A DNA stretch of 64,000 bases from a bacterium. GTDB lineage: Bacteria; UBA8248; JACPRG01; G963555815. The notes beneath the pieces were generated by a model. The model was not told the DNA's origin and made no database searches. It was given only the letters and a program-made list of their open reading frames with translations. The first letter of the stretch is position 1; each line of letters opens with the position of its first letter. The position numbers and the translations under genes were made by a program. Shown here in pieces: positions 52,520-62,921 of this stretch. The DNA lies in NCBI GenBank assembly GCA_965218795.1, contig OZ244653.1:3776001-3840000 (forward strand), written 5' to 3'.

Positions 52520-53194
52520 ATGGACGTTCCGTTGTTCGAATCATTCGAAGAAAAGGTAGACCCGGCCCACACGGCCTTGGTTGTGGTCGATATGCAGAAT
52601 GATTACCTGGCCGAGGGCGGATTCTTCGATGAGGTTGGATATAGCCTGAAAGACATGCAGGCCATGACTCCCCGTCTTGGGGAATTTATCGAGACCGCCC
52701 GGTCGTTCGGGGTTCCCATTGTCTGGACCCGCAATTCGTATGACCCCGTATTCATGGGATCGACCCAAAAGGAGAGATCGTACCGGAGGGGAGAGGGCAA
52801 AGTTCCCGCCCAGTCCGGCACTTGGGGGCAGGAGTTCTATGTGATTCAGCCGAAGAGCGAGGATGTCATCATTCACAAGCACCGGTTCGACGCGTTTGAA
52901 GGGACCAATCTGGACGTGGTCTTGAAATCGAACGGGATTCATTCCCTTCTCATGACCGGTGTCACCACCGAATGTTGTGTCCAGTCCACGGCCCGACGAG
53001 GCTTTTTCCTAGGTTATTACATCGTTTTGGTGGAAGACTGCGCCAGCACGTACGATCCGTCTTTTCAGGAATACACCAAGCGAGTCATCGATGATTACTT
53101 CGGCGTCGTGTGCAACGCTCAGGAGGTTCAGTCGGCGTGGGCGGCGCTTTCGGACGAAAAGGCGGCTCAGGCGGGGCCGGCCACGAAGACCTGA
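52520..53194 (+). CDS. Isochorismatase-family cysteine hydrolase, tandem paralog
   Basis: VDMQND, KHRFDAF, GVTTECCV. Confidence 0.92.
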   Translation: MDVPLFESFEEKVDPAHTALVVVDMQNDYLAEGGFFDEVGYSLKDMQAMTPRLGEFIETARSFGVPIVWTRNSYDPVFMGSTQKERSYRRGEGKVPAQSGTWGQEFYVIQPKSEDVIIHKHRFDAFEGTNLDVVLKSNGIHSLLMTGVTTECCVQSTARRGFFLGYYIVLVEDCASTYDPSFQEYTKRVIDDYFGVVCNAQEVQSAWAALSDEKAAQAGPATKT

Positions 53195-53212
53195 AGGGCG
53201 AATCCCTCCAAC

Positions 53213-54571
53213 ATGCTCGATCTCCTCATGAAGAACGCGCTGGTTGTCTTTCCGCGTGAAGGCGAACGGGAAGGCAGCGTCGGCGTGCAAGACGGCAGGG
53301 TCGCCGGTGTCTACACCCAGGCCGAGTCCCCCTCGGCCCGGCAAATCATGGATGTGGAAGGCAGGCCGCTCTTACCCGGCATTTTCGATCCGCACATTCA
53401 TTTGGGCGTTCGAAGCGTTAGCTATGATGATGAGTGCCTGACGGAAACCCGGGCGGCGCTCAAAGGCGGAATCACGACGGTCGGCTGCTTCCTTCGCGAA
53501 AAGGGCTCATACGTCGGCAAGGTGGAGGACTTCGCCCGGCGGGCCGAGAAAAGCATCTTCACGGACATTCTTTTCCATTTGGTGATCCTGGAGAAGTCTC
53601 AGATACCCGATATTCCGATGCTGGCGGACCGCTACGGGAATCCCGCTTTCAAGTTCTATCTTCACGGTATCCCCGGACTTCCCATCATGGATGAGGAGGG
53701 CCTCATCGAAGCCTTCCGGGTGATCGCGGGTCTCGATCCGCCGGGGCTGGCTTGCGTTCATTCTGAACTCCATGAAATGTGCGTGGAAGGGTTGGCCCGG
53801 CTCGAAGCCATGGAAAACCCGACGAAGCTGTCGGAGTGGACCATGAGCTCCCCCGAGGGCGCCGAGGGGGAAGCGGTGCGGCTCTGCGCCCGCGTTTCGA
53901 GAGAAACCGGGGTCCGTGTCTATATCGTTCATCTGTCCTCCGCCTCTGGCTTGACGGCCGTGCGGGAGGCCAAGGCCGCGGGAGTCTCCTTGTTTTGTGA
54001 ATCGACCTCCCCGTACCTGTTCTTCGATAATGAGGATCCTTCAGGCATGATGCTGAAGCGCCATCCACCCGTGCGGTCCCCAGCGGACCGCGAGGCCCTC
54101 TGGTCGGGCGTCGCCGACGGCTCCATCGAGACGCTCGGAACGGACAACGTAACCGCCGCCGCCGAGGAGAACAATTGCACGGGTGCGTTCTGGGAGAACA
54201 GGGGCGGGATGTCCTGCCTGCCCTGGCACGTCCCGGAGATCCTCCAGAAGGGGTATCACGAAAGGGGTTTGGCCCTCCATCTGTTGGCCGACAGAATGAG
54301 CCGCCGCCCGGCGGAGCTCTTCGGACTCTATCCTCGGAAGGGGTCATGGGAGATTGGGGCGGACGCCGACCTGGTCGTCATCGACCCTGACCTTGAAAAG
54401 GTTGTCCGTGCGGGCGAGAGCGGTTCGCGGGGGGACTTCTCCCCGCTGGAGGGCGGGACGCTCAAAGGATGGCCGGTGACGGTCGTGAAAAACGGGGAAG
54501 TAGTCGTTGAGGAAGGCGAACTGGTCTCCGAGCCCGGCATCGGCCGATGCTTGAATCGGATATCAGGATAA
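53213..54571 (+). CDS. Cyclic amidohydrolase (dihydropyrimidinase/allantoinase-like)
   Basis: DPHIH, FKFY, VHSE, VHLS, GTD, GADADLV. Confidence 0.9.
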   Translation: MLDLLMKNALVVFPREGEREGSVGVQDGRVAGVYTQAESPSARQIMDVEGRPLLPGIFDPHIHLGVRSVSYDDECLTETRAALKGGITTVGCFLREKGSYVGKVEDFARRAEKSIFTDILFHLVILEKSQIPDIPMLADRYGNPAFKFYLHGIPGLPIMDEEGLIEAFRVIAGLDPPGLACVHSELHEMCVEGLARLEAMENPTKLSEWTMSSPEGAEGEAVRLCARVSRETGVRVYIVHLSSASGLTAVREAKAAGVSLFCESTSPYLFFDNEDPSGMMLKRHPPVRSPADREALWSGVADGSIETLGTDNVTAAAEENNCTGAFWENRGGMSCLPWHVPEILQKGYHERGLALHLLADRMSRRPAELFGLYPRKGSWEIGADADLVVIDPDLEKVVRAGESGSRGDFSPLEGGTLKGWPVTVVKNGEVVVEEGELVSEPGIGRCLNRISG

Positions 54572-54699
54572 AGTTTCCGTCGGAGCAATATTGACGGCCG
54601 CGAACCATCCCTCATTCTGTTCGGGACGCATCGCGGATTCCTCGGATTGTTCGGCGTGACAAATCCGGGCGGGTCTTGGGCGTAGCCGAAGGGGTCTGC

Positions 54700-55755
54700 T
54701 CAGCCTTCCGACATCCAGATCTCCGGCATTTCCCCCTGACTGGGCCGCACAACACCTTTTTCCGTAACGATCGCGTCCACGAATTTCGCGGGCGTCACGT
54801 CAAACGCCGGGTTGAAGACGTCGATCCCTTCCGGCGCGACGCGCAGGCCCCCGATGTGCGTGACTTCCTCGGGATCCCGCTCTTCGATGGGAATGTCGTC
54901 CCCGGAAGCCAGGGAGAAATCAATCGTTGAGGTCGGCGCGGCCACATAAAACGGGACGCCGTTTTCTCGAGCCAAAACCGCCACTGTATACGTGCCAATC
55001 TTGTTGGCGACATCGCCATTCCGCGCAATCCGGTCAGACCCCACCACGACGCAGTCGACCCTCCCCGTCCGCATACAGTAGCCCGCCATGTTGTCCGAGA
55101 TGAGGATGACGGGGATGTCGTCCCGATGCAGTTCCCATGCGGTGAGGCGGGCGCCTTGAAGGAAGGGCCGGGTTTCGTCGACCCAGACTCCGGCGATCTT
55201 CGATTGGGCGTGGGCTGAACGGATCACGCCCGCGGCAGTGCCGTAACCCGCGGTGGCTAGCGCACCCGCGTTGCAATGGGTGAGAACATGAGCATCGGGG
55301 GGGATTAATTCCGCGCCGTTGTCTCCGATCCGGCGGCACATCGCGACGTCTTCGGCGTGCATCTCACGGGCGAGTGTCAGCAGAGATTCAGAGACCTCCC
55401 CGGGGGAGCGGCCTTCCGACAACCGGTTTCGCGCGTGAGCGAGGCATCGGTCGATGGCCCAGAACAGGTTGACGGCCGTCGGCCGGGTCTCTCCCAGGTC
55501 CTTTGCGGCGGATTCAAGGTGCTCGATCCAGGTTCCGGCGTCGGTCAGGCCGGTCTCTCTTGCCGCCAGGGCCATGCCGAAGGCTGCCGTGACGCCGATG
55601 GCCGGCGCGCCGCGGACCACCATGTCGCGGATGGCATCGGCCACCTCCCGATGGTCCCTGCAATGCACATACGTTTCTTCCCGGGGGAGCTTGCGCTGAT
55701 CGATCAGCACGACCGCGTCGTCCCGATAATCGATCGTCTCAACGGTGGATGCCAT
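54700..55755 (-). CDS. mtnA: S-methyl-5-thioribose-1-phosphate isomerase
   Basis: [31 protein letters not shown]. Confidence 0.96.
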   Translation of the reverse strand: MASTVETIDYRDDAVVLIDQRKLPREETYVHCRDHREVADAIRDMVVRGAPAIGVTAAFGMALAARETGLTDAGTWIEHLESAAKDLGETRPTAVNLFWAIDRCLAHARNRLSEGRSPGEVSESLLTLAREMHAEDVAMCRRIGDNGAELIPPDAHVLTHCNAGALATAGYGTAAGVIRSAHAQSKIAGVWVDETRPFLQGARLTAWELHRDDIPVILISDNMAGYCMRTGRVDCVVVGSDRIARNGDVANKIGTYTVAVLARENGVPFYVAAPTSTIDFSLASGDDIPIEERDPEEVTHIGGLRVAPEGIDVFNPAFDVTPAKFVDAIVTEKGVVRPSQGEMPEIWMSEG

Positions 55756-55796
55756 GGGTTCCTCAATCGAATGAGCCAAAAGAGGGCCGGGAGCGG

Positions 55797-56105
55797 TCAG
55801 AGTCCCAGGGAATTCACGACGGTCCGGACTTCCACGCCATCGACCCGGATTCGCTTATTCCGTCCCTTGTGGCCGGAAAGAACCGAGACCTGATGGGAGC
55901 GAATCTTCAGCGCCTCGGCAAGCACTTGGATGCATTGTCTGTTCGCGGCGTTATCGACGGGCGGAGCCGTCAGCCGAATCAAGAGCTCGCCTTCCCCGGC
56001 CGGCCCTACGGATACCCTTGAGGCGCGCGGCTGTACGCGGATATGCAGAATGACGCCGCCCGGGACGCCTCGGACGAAGGGTTCGCCTGCGTCCGGACCG
56101 GACAT
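55797..56105 (-). CDS. yggU: DUF167/YggU protein
   Basis: [21 protein letters not shown]. Confidence 0.9.
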   Translation of the reverse strand: MSGPDAGEPFVRGVPGGVILHIRVQPRASRVSVGPAGEGELLIRLTAPPVDNAANRQCIQVLAEALKIRSHQVSVLSGHKGRNKRIRVDGVEVRTVVNSLGL

Positions 56106-56106
56106 C

Positions 56107-56769
56107 CTATTTGTCCGTTCGCTGTTTGCTCGGAATGAAAACGGAAAGGTGCGGCTCGACTTTTGGCGGGCCCTTCGATGGACCGGGCTTCGATCGGGAG
56201 GAACCGTCGGCCTTGACCGGGTGCTCGGCAGCCGCGGGTTTCGGTTCAGGGTGATGGGTCGACGGCTCGGACGCGCCGAACCCGGCAGCAACCCCATCGA
56301 TCTCCTCCTGGATGGGGGCGCTTCCTTTCTCTTCCGCTTCGAGCATCCGAAGGTGAGTGTCCAGCATCAAGCGCATATTGAGGATCAGCTGGCGTTTCCG
56401 GCTGCGGAGGCCTGTCAGCTCGTCGCGGACGCTTGCGGCCTCGGACTGGGTCGAGACGATGATTTCACTGGATTTGGACTGGGCATCCCGAATGATGAGC
56501 TCGGCTTCCTTCTTGGCGTTCGCCATGATGTCTTCCTTGAGGGTCTGCGCCGCCAATAGGGTTTTCTTGACATTCGACTCGTTTGCCGAGAGTTCCTCTA
56601 TCCGATGCTCCAGCTTTTGCCGATCTTCCTTGAGCCGGCCGTTCTCCCGAGTGAGCTCTTCGAGCTCCTCCGCCACCATCTCCAGGAAGGTATCGACTTC
56701 CTGTGGGTCAAAGCCCCGGAACTTGACCGAGAACCGCTGCTGGCGGATGTCAATGGGCGCGATTTTCAT
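56107..56769 (-). CDS. divIVA: DivIVA domain protein
   Basis: PIDIRQQRF..KFRGFDPQEVDTFL plus coiled coil. Confidence 0.92.
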   Translation of the reverse strand: MKIAPIDIRQQRFSVKFRGFDPQEVDTFLEMVAEELEELTRENGRLKEDRQKLEHRIEELSANESNVKKTLLAAQTLKEDIMANAKKEAELIIRDAQSKSSEIIVSTQSEAASVRDELTGLRSRKRQLILNMRLMLDTHLRMLEAEEKGSAPIQEEIDGVAAGFGASEPSTHHPEPKPAAAEHPVKADGSSRSKPGPSKGPPKVEPHLSVFIPSKQRTDK

Positions 56770-56822
56770 GCGCCTGTCTCCTTCCCTGAAATTGACAACG
56801 GGTCCACAGGGACCGTACTTCT

Positions 56823-57143
56823 CTATTGTAGGCCCATAGCCATTTGTTGCAACGACCGGACCAAAAAGATTTGCAGAAAGTAGATGACCAAAATGACGAC
56901 AACCGGGGAAATATCCAGGCCCAGGCCGGTCGGCAGACGATATCGGATAGGGGCCAGGACGGGTTCGGTGAATCGATCCAGAAGCTCCGCAACCGTCTGA
57001 AGAAGCATCCGGACCTGATAGTTGGTGGGCAGATGCTCCACCCAGGAGAGGATGACCCGGATGATGATCATCCAGAGGTAGATGTCGAGCACCCAATCCA
57101 GAATAAAGGCGATGGCCCCAAGCAGATTGCCGAAGACGAACAA
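56823..57143 (-). CDS. yggT: YggT family membrane protein
   Basis: ILSWV, TEPVLAPIR, LDISP. Confidence 0.92.
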   Translation of the reverse strand: MFVFGNLLGAIAFILDWVLDIYLWMIIIRVILSWVEHLPTNYQVRMLLQTVAELLDRFTEPVLAPIRYRLPTGLGLDISPVVVILVIYFLQIFLVRSLQQMAMGLQ

Positions 57144-57152
57144 GACGTGCTC

Positions 57153-58010
57153 CTATTTTTGCTGTCCCAGTTCCAGGGAGCGCGTAGCCGCCGCCTCGAC
57201 GGCCCGTATCAGGACGCCCCGCAAAGCGCCGTCCTCCAAGGCAGCGAGCCCGGCGATGGTGGTGCCCCCCGGGGAGGTCACCCAATCCTTGAGCCGTCCC
57301 GGGTGTTCTCCGGTTTCGAGGACCATGTCGGCCGCACCCGCCACGGTCTGGGCCGCGAGCATCAAAGCGGTCTCTCGAGACAGACCCATGAGAACGCCTC
57401 CGTCCGCGAGGGCTTCGATCATCAGCGCAACGTAGGCGGGTCCGCTCCCCGAGAGCCCCGTGACCGCATCCATTTGAGATTCGCTCACCACTACGGCTCG
57501 CCCCACCGCCTCGAAGAATTCGACGACCGTTTCCAGGTCTTTCCGCCGAGCCTTCTTCCCCCCGGCGACGCCCGTCGCACCTTTTCCGACAAGTGCGGGG
57601 GTGTTCGGCATCACGCGAACAACCCGGCCCCGGCCCCCCAGCCTTGCCTCGATTCGATGGGTCGGGACGCCCGCCATGATGCTGACAATCAAATGTGAAT
57701 CCCGGATGATGGGCGCGATGGCATCCAACGCGACTTCCATGCTCTGGGGCTTGACGGCCAAGATGACAATGTCGGCGTCGGATACGGCCGTGGCGTTGTC
57801 CGGGCTCGTCCGAACGCGGAAGGTCCGGCGCAAATGGGCCAGCCTGCCGGTGACGATATCGGAAATGCAGATGGAGTCGGGCCTTACGATCCCCGAATCC
57901 AAAAAACCCCGGACCAGCGCCTCCGCCATGTTCCCGCCGCCGATGAAGGCCAGTTTGGGTTCACTCCGTCGAGCGCGTCCCGATTTCCGCTTATCCGATT
58001 GCTTTGCCAC
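57153..58010 (-). CDS. proC: Pyrroline-5-carboxylate reductase
   Basis: FIGGGNM, RVMPNTP, SGSGPAY, SPGGTT. Confidence 0.96.
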   Translation of the reverse strand: MAKQSDKRKSGRARRSEPKLAFIGGGNMAEALVRGFLDSGIVRPDSICISDIVTGRLAHLRRTFRVRTSPDNATAVSDADIVILAVKPQSMEVALDAIAPIIRDSHLIVSIMAGVPTHRIEARLGGRGRVVRVMPNTPALVGKGATGVAGGKKARRKDLETVVEFFEAVGRAVVVSESQMDAVTGLSGSGPAYVALMIEALADGGVLMGLSRETALMLAAQTVAGAADMVLETGEHPGRLKDWVTSPGGTTIAGLAALEDGALRGVLIRAVEAAATRSLELGQQK

Positions 58011-58032
58011 GGAGTCGCGTCCTTTCAATCGG

Positions 58033-58740
58033 TCAATGTCGAGAACCGAAGATGGCCGTGCCCACACGGACGATGGTCGCGCCTTCCTCAATCGCTACCT
58101 CGAAATCGGCCGTCATGCCCATCGATAATCCTGCGACCCCTTCGTGACCGGCCTCGACGAGCCGGTCACGAAGCTCCCGAAGCATCCTGAACCAGGTTCG
58201 ACTTTCCTCGGCGCGGTCGGTGAAGGGAGGCATCGTCATCAGTCCTTGAAGCCGGAGGCGGGATGAATTTTCAAGCGCGTCAACGATCCTTTCCGCTTCA
58301 TCCGGCCGGCAGCCGCTTTTCGCCTCCTCGCCCGAAATGTTGACCTCCAGGTAGACGGACACGGATTCTGTCCCCGATGCGGCTCTCTTTTCAAGCTCTT
58401 CCGCGAGACGGAGGCTGTCTACGGATTGTATGCAATCGAATAGTCCTAAAACATGACGAACTTTATTTCGCTGCAGGTGTCCAATCAAATGCCATTGAGG
58501 ACCGGGCGAACCGGATGATTCCAGGGCCTTTCGGACGGACGGCACCTTTTCGAGCGCCTCCTGGACGCGATTCTCGCCCAAGGTTTCGGCACCGGCGGCA
58601 TAAGCCTCGAGGACCATTTCGGGAGGAAACGTTTTGCTGACGGCCACTAAGGAGATGGAAGCCGGCTCACGGCCGACGCGCAAAGCCGCTTCCGCCATTC
58701 GGGTTCGAACACGTTCCAGGTTTTTGGCGATATCGACCAT
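58033..58740 (-). CDS. yggS: PLP homeostasis protein
   Basis: VAVSKT, GENRVQE, HLIGHLQRNK, SMGM, VRVGTAIFG. Confidence 0.96.
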   Translation of the reverse strand: MVDIAKNLERVRTRMAEAALRVGREPASISLVAVSKTFPPEMVLEAYAAGAETLGENRVQEALEKVPSVRKALESSGSPGPQWHLIGHLQRNKVRHVLGLFDCIQSVDSLRLAEELEKRAASGTESVSVYLEVNISGEEAKSGCRPDEAERIVDALENSSRLRLQGLMTMPPFTDRAEESRTWFRMLRELRDRLVEAGHEGVAGLSMGMTADFEVAIEEGATIVRVGTAIFGSRH

Positions 58741-58992
58741 ACCATGAAATGAATATGCGACAAATGAAAGGACGGGAAAGCAAAATCGTGGAATGCCTTA
58801 ATAATCTTTCATTTATAGCAACGCTGAAAACCGCCTGCAAGGAAAATTCAGGTATTCGGCCAACCGGGTCGGTATTCAGCGTCCGGGCGCGCCGAACCCT
58901 TCGGGCTTGCGGAGGTCTTCCCTCCAACCTTATAATCCTGCTGAATCCTACCCTCTGTTTGACCGAAGAGGTGGGCGAGAGGAATTTCGACC

Positions 58993-59315
58993 ATGTCTCA
59001 GTGCTTCCACTGGAAGCCCCTGATCTTCACGATCACTGTGTTATGGGCGGCCGTGGGATGCGGTCCCAAGGGCCGGGTTGAGACGGTCCAGGGGAAAAGG
59101 TGAAGTGTAACCCTCCGGGGGAGGAGGCCAAGCGGATCTTTGCCCTCGCACTCAGCCCAAAGCGATACGAAGCGTACGAGGAGCTTTCGGATATCCTTTA
59201 TCAACTCGGCAAGGATCGGGATGACGAAAAAGGCCGAACATGGATCCGCGAACCCCTGGAATACGGTCAAAAAGCCAAAGCGCTGAAAGAAGGCCGCGCC
59301 CTTTCGAAACAATGA
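58993..59315 (+). CDS. Putative lipoprotein, frameshifted near 59097
   Basis: Lipobox-like WAAVGC; frame break in GGGGAAAAGG; ATGA overlap with the next gene. Confidence 0.5.
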
Positions 59316-60238
59316 ATTCCCCCGCCACCCTCCGTCTGATTCAGTTTCGTGCCGGATATAACCTGCCCGTCGATGCCGGTATCGAGATGGGGCATTTTGC
59401 CGCCCAGGATCTCGATGTGGAGGTCACCTACACCCCGAATTCAGTCTACCTGGCCGAGCACTTGGAAGCCGGCGATTTTGATATCGGCCACACCTCGGCA
59501 GATGATGTGATCGCCGAAGTGGAAGGGCGGACCATCGGGATGCCCGGCGGGTCCGACCTCTTCCTCTTCATGGGTCTGCACAGCGGAATGCTCAGCCTTG
59601 TGGGGGCTCCGGGGCACGAGGATATCGAGTCCTTGCGGGGGAAGACCCTGGCCGTCGACTCAAGAATCACCGGCTTCGTTTTTATCCTGGAGAAGATGCT
59701 CCGGGTGAGCGGGATTCCACCGGAGGAATACCGGCTGGTGGAAGTGGGCGGATGGGAAAGCCGTTACGAATCCCTTTTGCGGGGTGAGCACGCCGGCACT
59801 TTGCTGACGGAGCCCTTCCTGGGAGATGCCGTCGAGTCGGGGTGCCGGCTCATCGCCCGCGGCTCGCAATTTGTGCCCGTATATCAGGCCACTTGCGGAG
59901 CGGCGACGCGCTCCTGGGCCGGGAACCACCGGGAGATTCTCGTGCGTTACATCCGAGCGTATCTGGAAGCCACCCGCTGGTGCTTGGACCCGCCGAACCG
60001 GGAGGCGTGTCTCAGGCTGTTGACGGACCGGAGCGGGATGGATGAGCCCGGGGCGGAGCGGACGCTGGGTCTCCTGATCGATCCGCAAGAGGGTCTCACC
60101 CCTAACGCCGAGCTCGATTTGCCGGGAATCGCCGTTGCCCTCGATCTGCGGACGGAAATGGGCCACTTGGCAGGCCGGGTCTCCGATCCGGAGAAATACG
60201 TGGACGGGGGTTATTATCGGGAAGCGATCGCAGGGTAG
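59312..60238 (+). CDS. SsuA/NMT1/THI5-like binding-protein fold, no obvious signal peptide
   Basis: GHFAAQDLDV, LRGKTLAVD, TGF, YIRAYLEA. Confidence 0.82.
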   Translation: MNSPATLRLIQFRAGYNLPVDAGIEMGHFAAQDLDVEVTYTPNSVYLAEHLEAGDFDIGHTSADDVIAEVEGRTIGMPGGSDLFLFMGLHSGMLSLVGAPGHEDIESLRGKTLAVDSRITGFVFILEKMLRVSGIPPEEYRLVEVGGWESRYESLLRGEHAGTLLTEPFLGDAVESGCRLIARGSQFVPVYQATCGAATRSWAGNHREILVRYIRAYLEATRWCLDPPNREACLRLLTDRSGMDEPGAERTLGLLIDPQEGLTPNAELDLPGIAVALDLRTEMGHLAGRVSDPEKYVDGGYYREAIAG

Positions 60239-60485
60239 ACCGGCCACCCACTCGGAATGGCTGCGGCAGGTCGAATGCGCGGTCTGAAATCGAAGAGGAA
60301 CGGAGAGATGATCGAGCGAAGCAATCCCTCCAGGCCCCACGCCGACTGAAGTGGATCTATTGCAGGGTGGCGGTCTGGTGTCTCTACCACCTCATCATGT
60401 ACTGGATCGGCTTTGAGGGGGGGCGGCCCGGCGGCTGGGGAATCTCTCCTCAGAACCCGTCTCGGCGCCCTCTTTCTGGATTCGG

Positions 60486-61331
60486 TCAGCGTCTGGCCTC
60501 CAAGGTGAATTCCACGTTGACCTTGGACCCGCCATTCTTCCCGCCGGCGGAGACCGTCACCTCCTGGGAGAGAACGATTGGCTCTTCGTGTTCATAGAAA
60601 GCCGGTTTCCCGTTCTTGGGAATCATGTGCGTTACGCGCCAGCCTTCGTGCCAAGCCTTGATGGTGTAAGCCCCTGGCGGGACGTCCGGAAGGATGAATT
60701 TTCCTTCTTGATCCGATACGGCATAGTAGGGATGCGGAGTGACGTAGATGATCGCGCTCATCCATCCGTGTCCAGCGTCGTTCCGAAGGGTGATGAGCCC
60801 CGGTTGACGAAGAGGTTTGACGAACAGCGTACCCGGTTCCGGCATGGGCAGGTTGTAAGTGGCTGCCCCGAACATGCGAATATTGTGAAGAACGCGATCC
60901 TTGTTGTGCATCGCCAGATAGGAGCCGACGGGGGCGAGGAGCACATGGGGGCGGTACTCGCACCGCTGAATGATCAGCTTTCGCGCCCGGCTCAGGCCGG
61001 TCGCCGCGGCTTTCTTTCCACGCCGGATGTTTGAAAGGTAGACCACCGTGTTGGCGATCCCTCCGCCGGGTCCGATGACGAGACGGGGGGAAGGTTTGAA
61101 CCGTTTCCCTTGCGGGTCGCAGACGCTCTCATCCCGGTTGATGGGATAGGACGCCAGGGGGGCCGGTCGCCGGCTCTTCCACCTGACGACTCCCGAGATG
61201 GTCCCGCCCTTTTGGACGGACAATTCCTCATACTGGCCGGCGCCGATCCGGGATGCCTCTGTCGCGCCGTCCGCACAAAAGGCGATGATGCAGATCATGA
61301 CGGCCAGCGACATCCCAAAATAATGCTTCAT
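60486..61331 (-). CDS. Exported carboxypeptidase-regulatory-like/cupredoxin-like protein
   Basis: Signal peptide; GTISG.V, CEYRPHV, LHNI, HGWM, DVPPGAYTIKAWHE. Confidence 0.8.
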   Translation of the reverse strand: MKHYFGMSLAVMICIIAFCADGATEASRIGAGQYEELSVQKGGTISGVVRWKSRRPAPLASYPINRDESVCDPQGKRFKPSPRLVIGPGGGIANTVVYLSNIRRGKKAAATGLSRARKLIIQRCEYRPHVLLAPVGSYLAMHNKDRVLHNIRMFGAATYNLPMPEPGTLFVKPLRQPGLITLRNDAGHGWMSAIIYVTPHPYYAVSDQEGKFILPDVPPGAYTIKAWHEGWRVTHMIPKNGKPAFYEHEEPIVLSQEVTVSAGGKNGGSKVNVEFTLEARR

Positions 61332-61484
61332 CTGCTGGTGGCTCCACTGGAATGCGCGTCGTATAGTCGTATAAAGGATACTGCGGGCCGTCACAGTTTC
61401 ATCAAACACGAAGGGCGAGTCAAGCAACGGTGATGCTGCTCGTGTGAAGGATGGAGCGGCAGACCCTTGAGGAGACGGCATCGG

Positions 61485-62388
61485 ATGATCAGTCGCAAGG
61501 TCCGCTGGTCCTTGCAGGCTTGCGTTGTCATGGTCGCCTTGGCGATTTTTCCTCTCCCATCCGGGGGGCACCACGTAACGAGGTTTGCCTGCACCTGGAT
61601 GCAGGTCGGGAAGAATTTGGTCAATGGCTATCGCGCGTTACGCTGATCGTGAAACCGCCTGAAGCGTCTTTCACCTCGACGGACCTGCATCAATCGGGAA
61701 AAAATCGAAAAGACACATAAAAGTCTGGCGGGTTTTACACATCACTTTCAGGTCTTCGTTGAGGATACCCGTCTCAGGGAGCCGGTCCCGATACTGGCTG
61801 TCACGCTGTCACGCTGTCGGCGCGAGGAGAGGGAGAGGACTGGAAGGACTTCCCGATGGAGCCGAGGTTCGGGGAAAGGGGGTTTCACTATGGGGGCAAC
61901 GTTCGGCTGGACCGTCGGGGGGCGCATGAAATGGTTGTGATGCTGGAGCCCGAGAGGATGCCCTGAGCGCCCTTTCCAGGAGGCGGGAAGAATATTTTCG
62001 GAAGAGAGAGGCCAGGTTTGAATTTGAATACGGCTACCAGGGACTCAAAGAGTTGATGGGTGATATATACCGAAGGTTCGCCGCTCTCGCCGGTCCCCTG
62101 ATGGAGCTCGATTTGCCGGATCCTGCCGGCAGAGAGGTGATTCAGGCTGTCGCCAGGCGGGCGAGACGTTTGGATCGGATGGCTGAATTGATACCTGCTC
62201 TGAGGGTAGGCGCAGAGCAGGGTAAATTCGTCGAGTTGTCGGAGAAGCTCAAGGGAGATACGGGAGAACTCGTGGCCGCCCTGGATCGGGGGGAAGTGGA
62301 CAAGGCCGTTCGGGCGTTGGTGGATGTATGGCAATCCTGCGGTTCCTGTCACAAACTTTTTCGGGATGGAGAGTTTGCCGGAAGATAG
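61485..62388 (+). pseudogene. Multiply frameshifted gene: signal peptide + P19/Tp34-like domain + class II cytochrome c (c'-like) domain
   Basis: Frames join into ...THHFQVFVED...PMEPRFGERGFHYGGNVRL...FEFEY...CGSCHKLFR. Confidence 0.6.
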
Positions 62389-62602
62389 GGGAAACAGACG
62401 AATTGTTGGAATTGTCCTCTTGACCATCTTGCTAACGAATTGGCTAACAAACAGATTGATGGTTTCGACGGACCGGATGGGATCGTTCGGTGCGGATTCC
62501 CGTTGCAGCCTGCCCTCGAATGTTCCCCGCTTACTGCCTGCGGGGACAAGCTCAGTCGGGGAAGGGAATGACAAGACGGGGGAGGCTGCATGATCCTGCT
62601 TC

Positions 62603-62630
62603 TGTCATTCCTGCGCAAGCAGGAATCCAG
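62603..62630 (+). repeat. GTCATTCC-type REP palindrome
   Basis: tgtcattcctgc-gcaa-gcaggaatccag; same family as the element at 23059. Confidence 0.75.
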
Positions 62631-62921
62631 GGAGGGGGTCAGCGGGCAGGTTGCCACAGGAAGCCGGGGGCAGGGCCTCCGATACGTTACCCGGTTCGCG
62701 CGTCAACTCCAGAACGCTCAGTCGATGCTCGGTCGGCTCGCCGCCGCGCGCTTCCCATCACCTTTAACCTTTGATACGGTTCGTCCCATGACGGCCTCCA
62801 TTCAGTATGAAATAGAACGGAAAGAAGGTTAAGCGGACAGTTCAGGTGATCTGTAACCGTTTGATATGGTTTACTCTACTTGATTATCAATCATTGACCG
62901 ATAATAAATAAGTCAAAAAAC

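Noticed and set aside
61964-61966. Second selenocysteine UGA in the P19-like gene
   Set aside because: Not in a Cys-type motif, and the downstream similarity continues in another frame.
62880-62890. FNR box
   Set aside because: TTGAT/ATCAA half-sites are 1 nt apart rather than 4.
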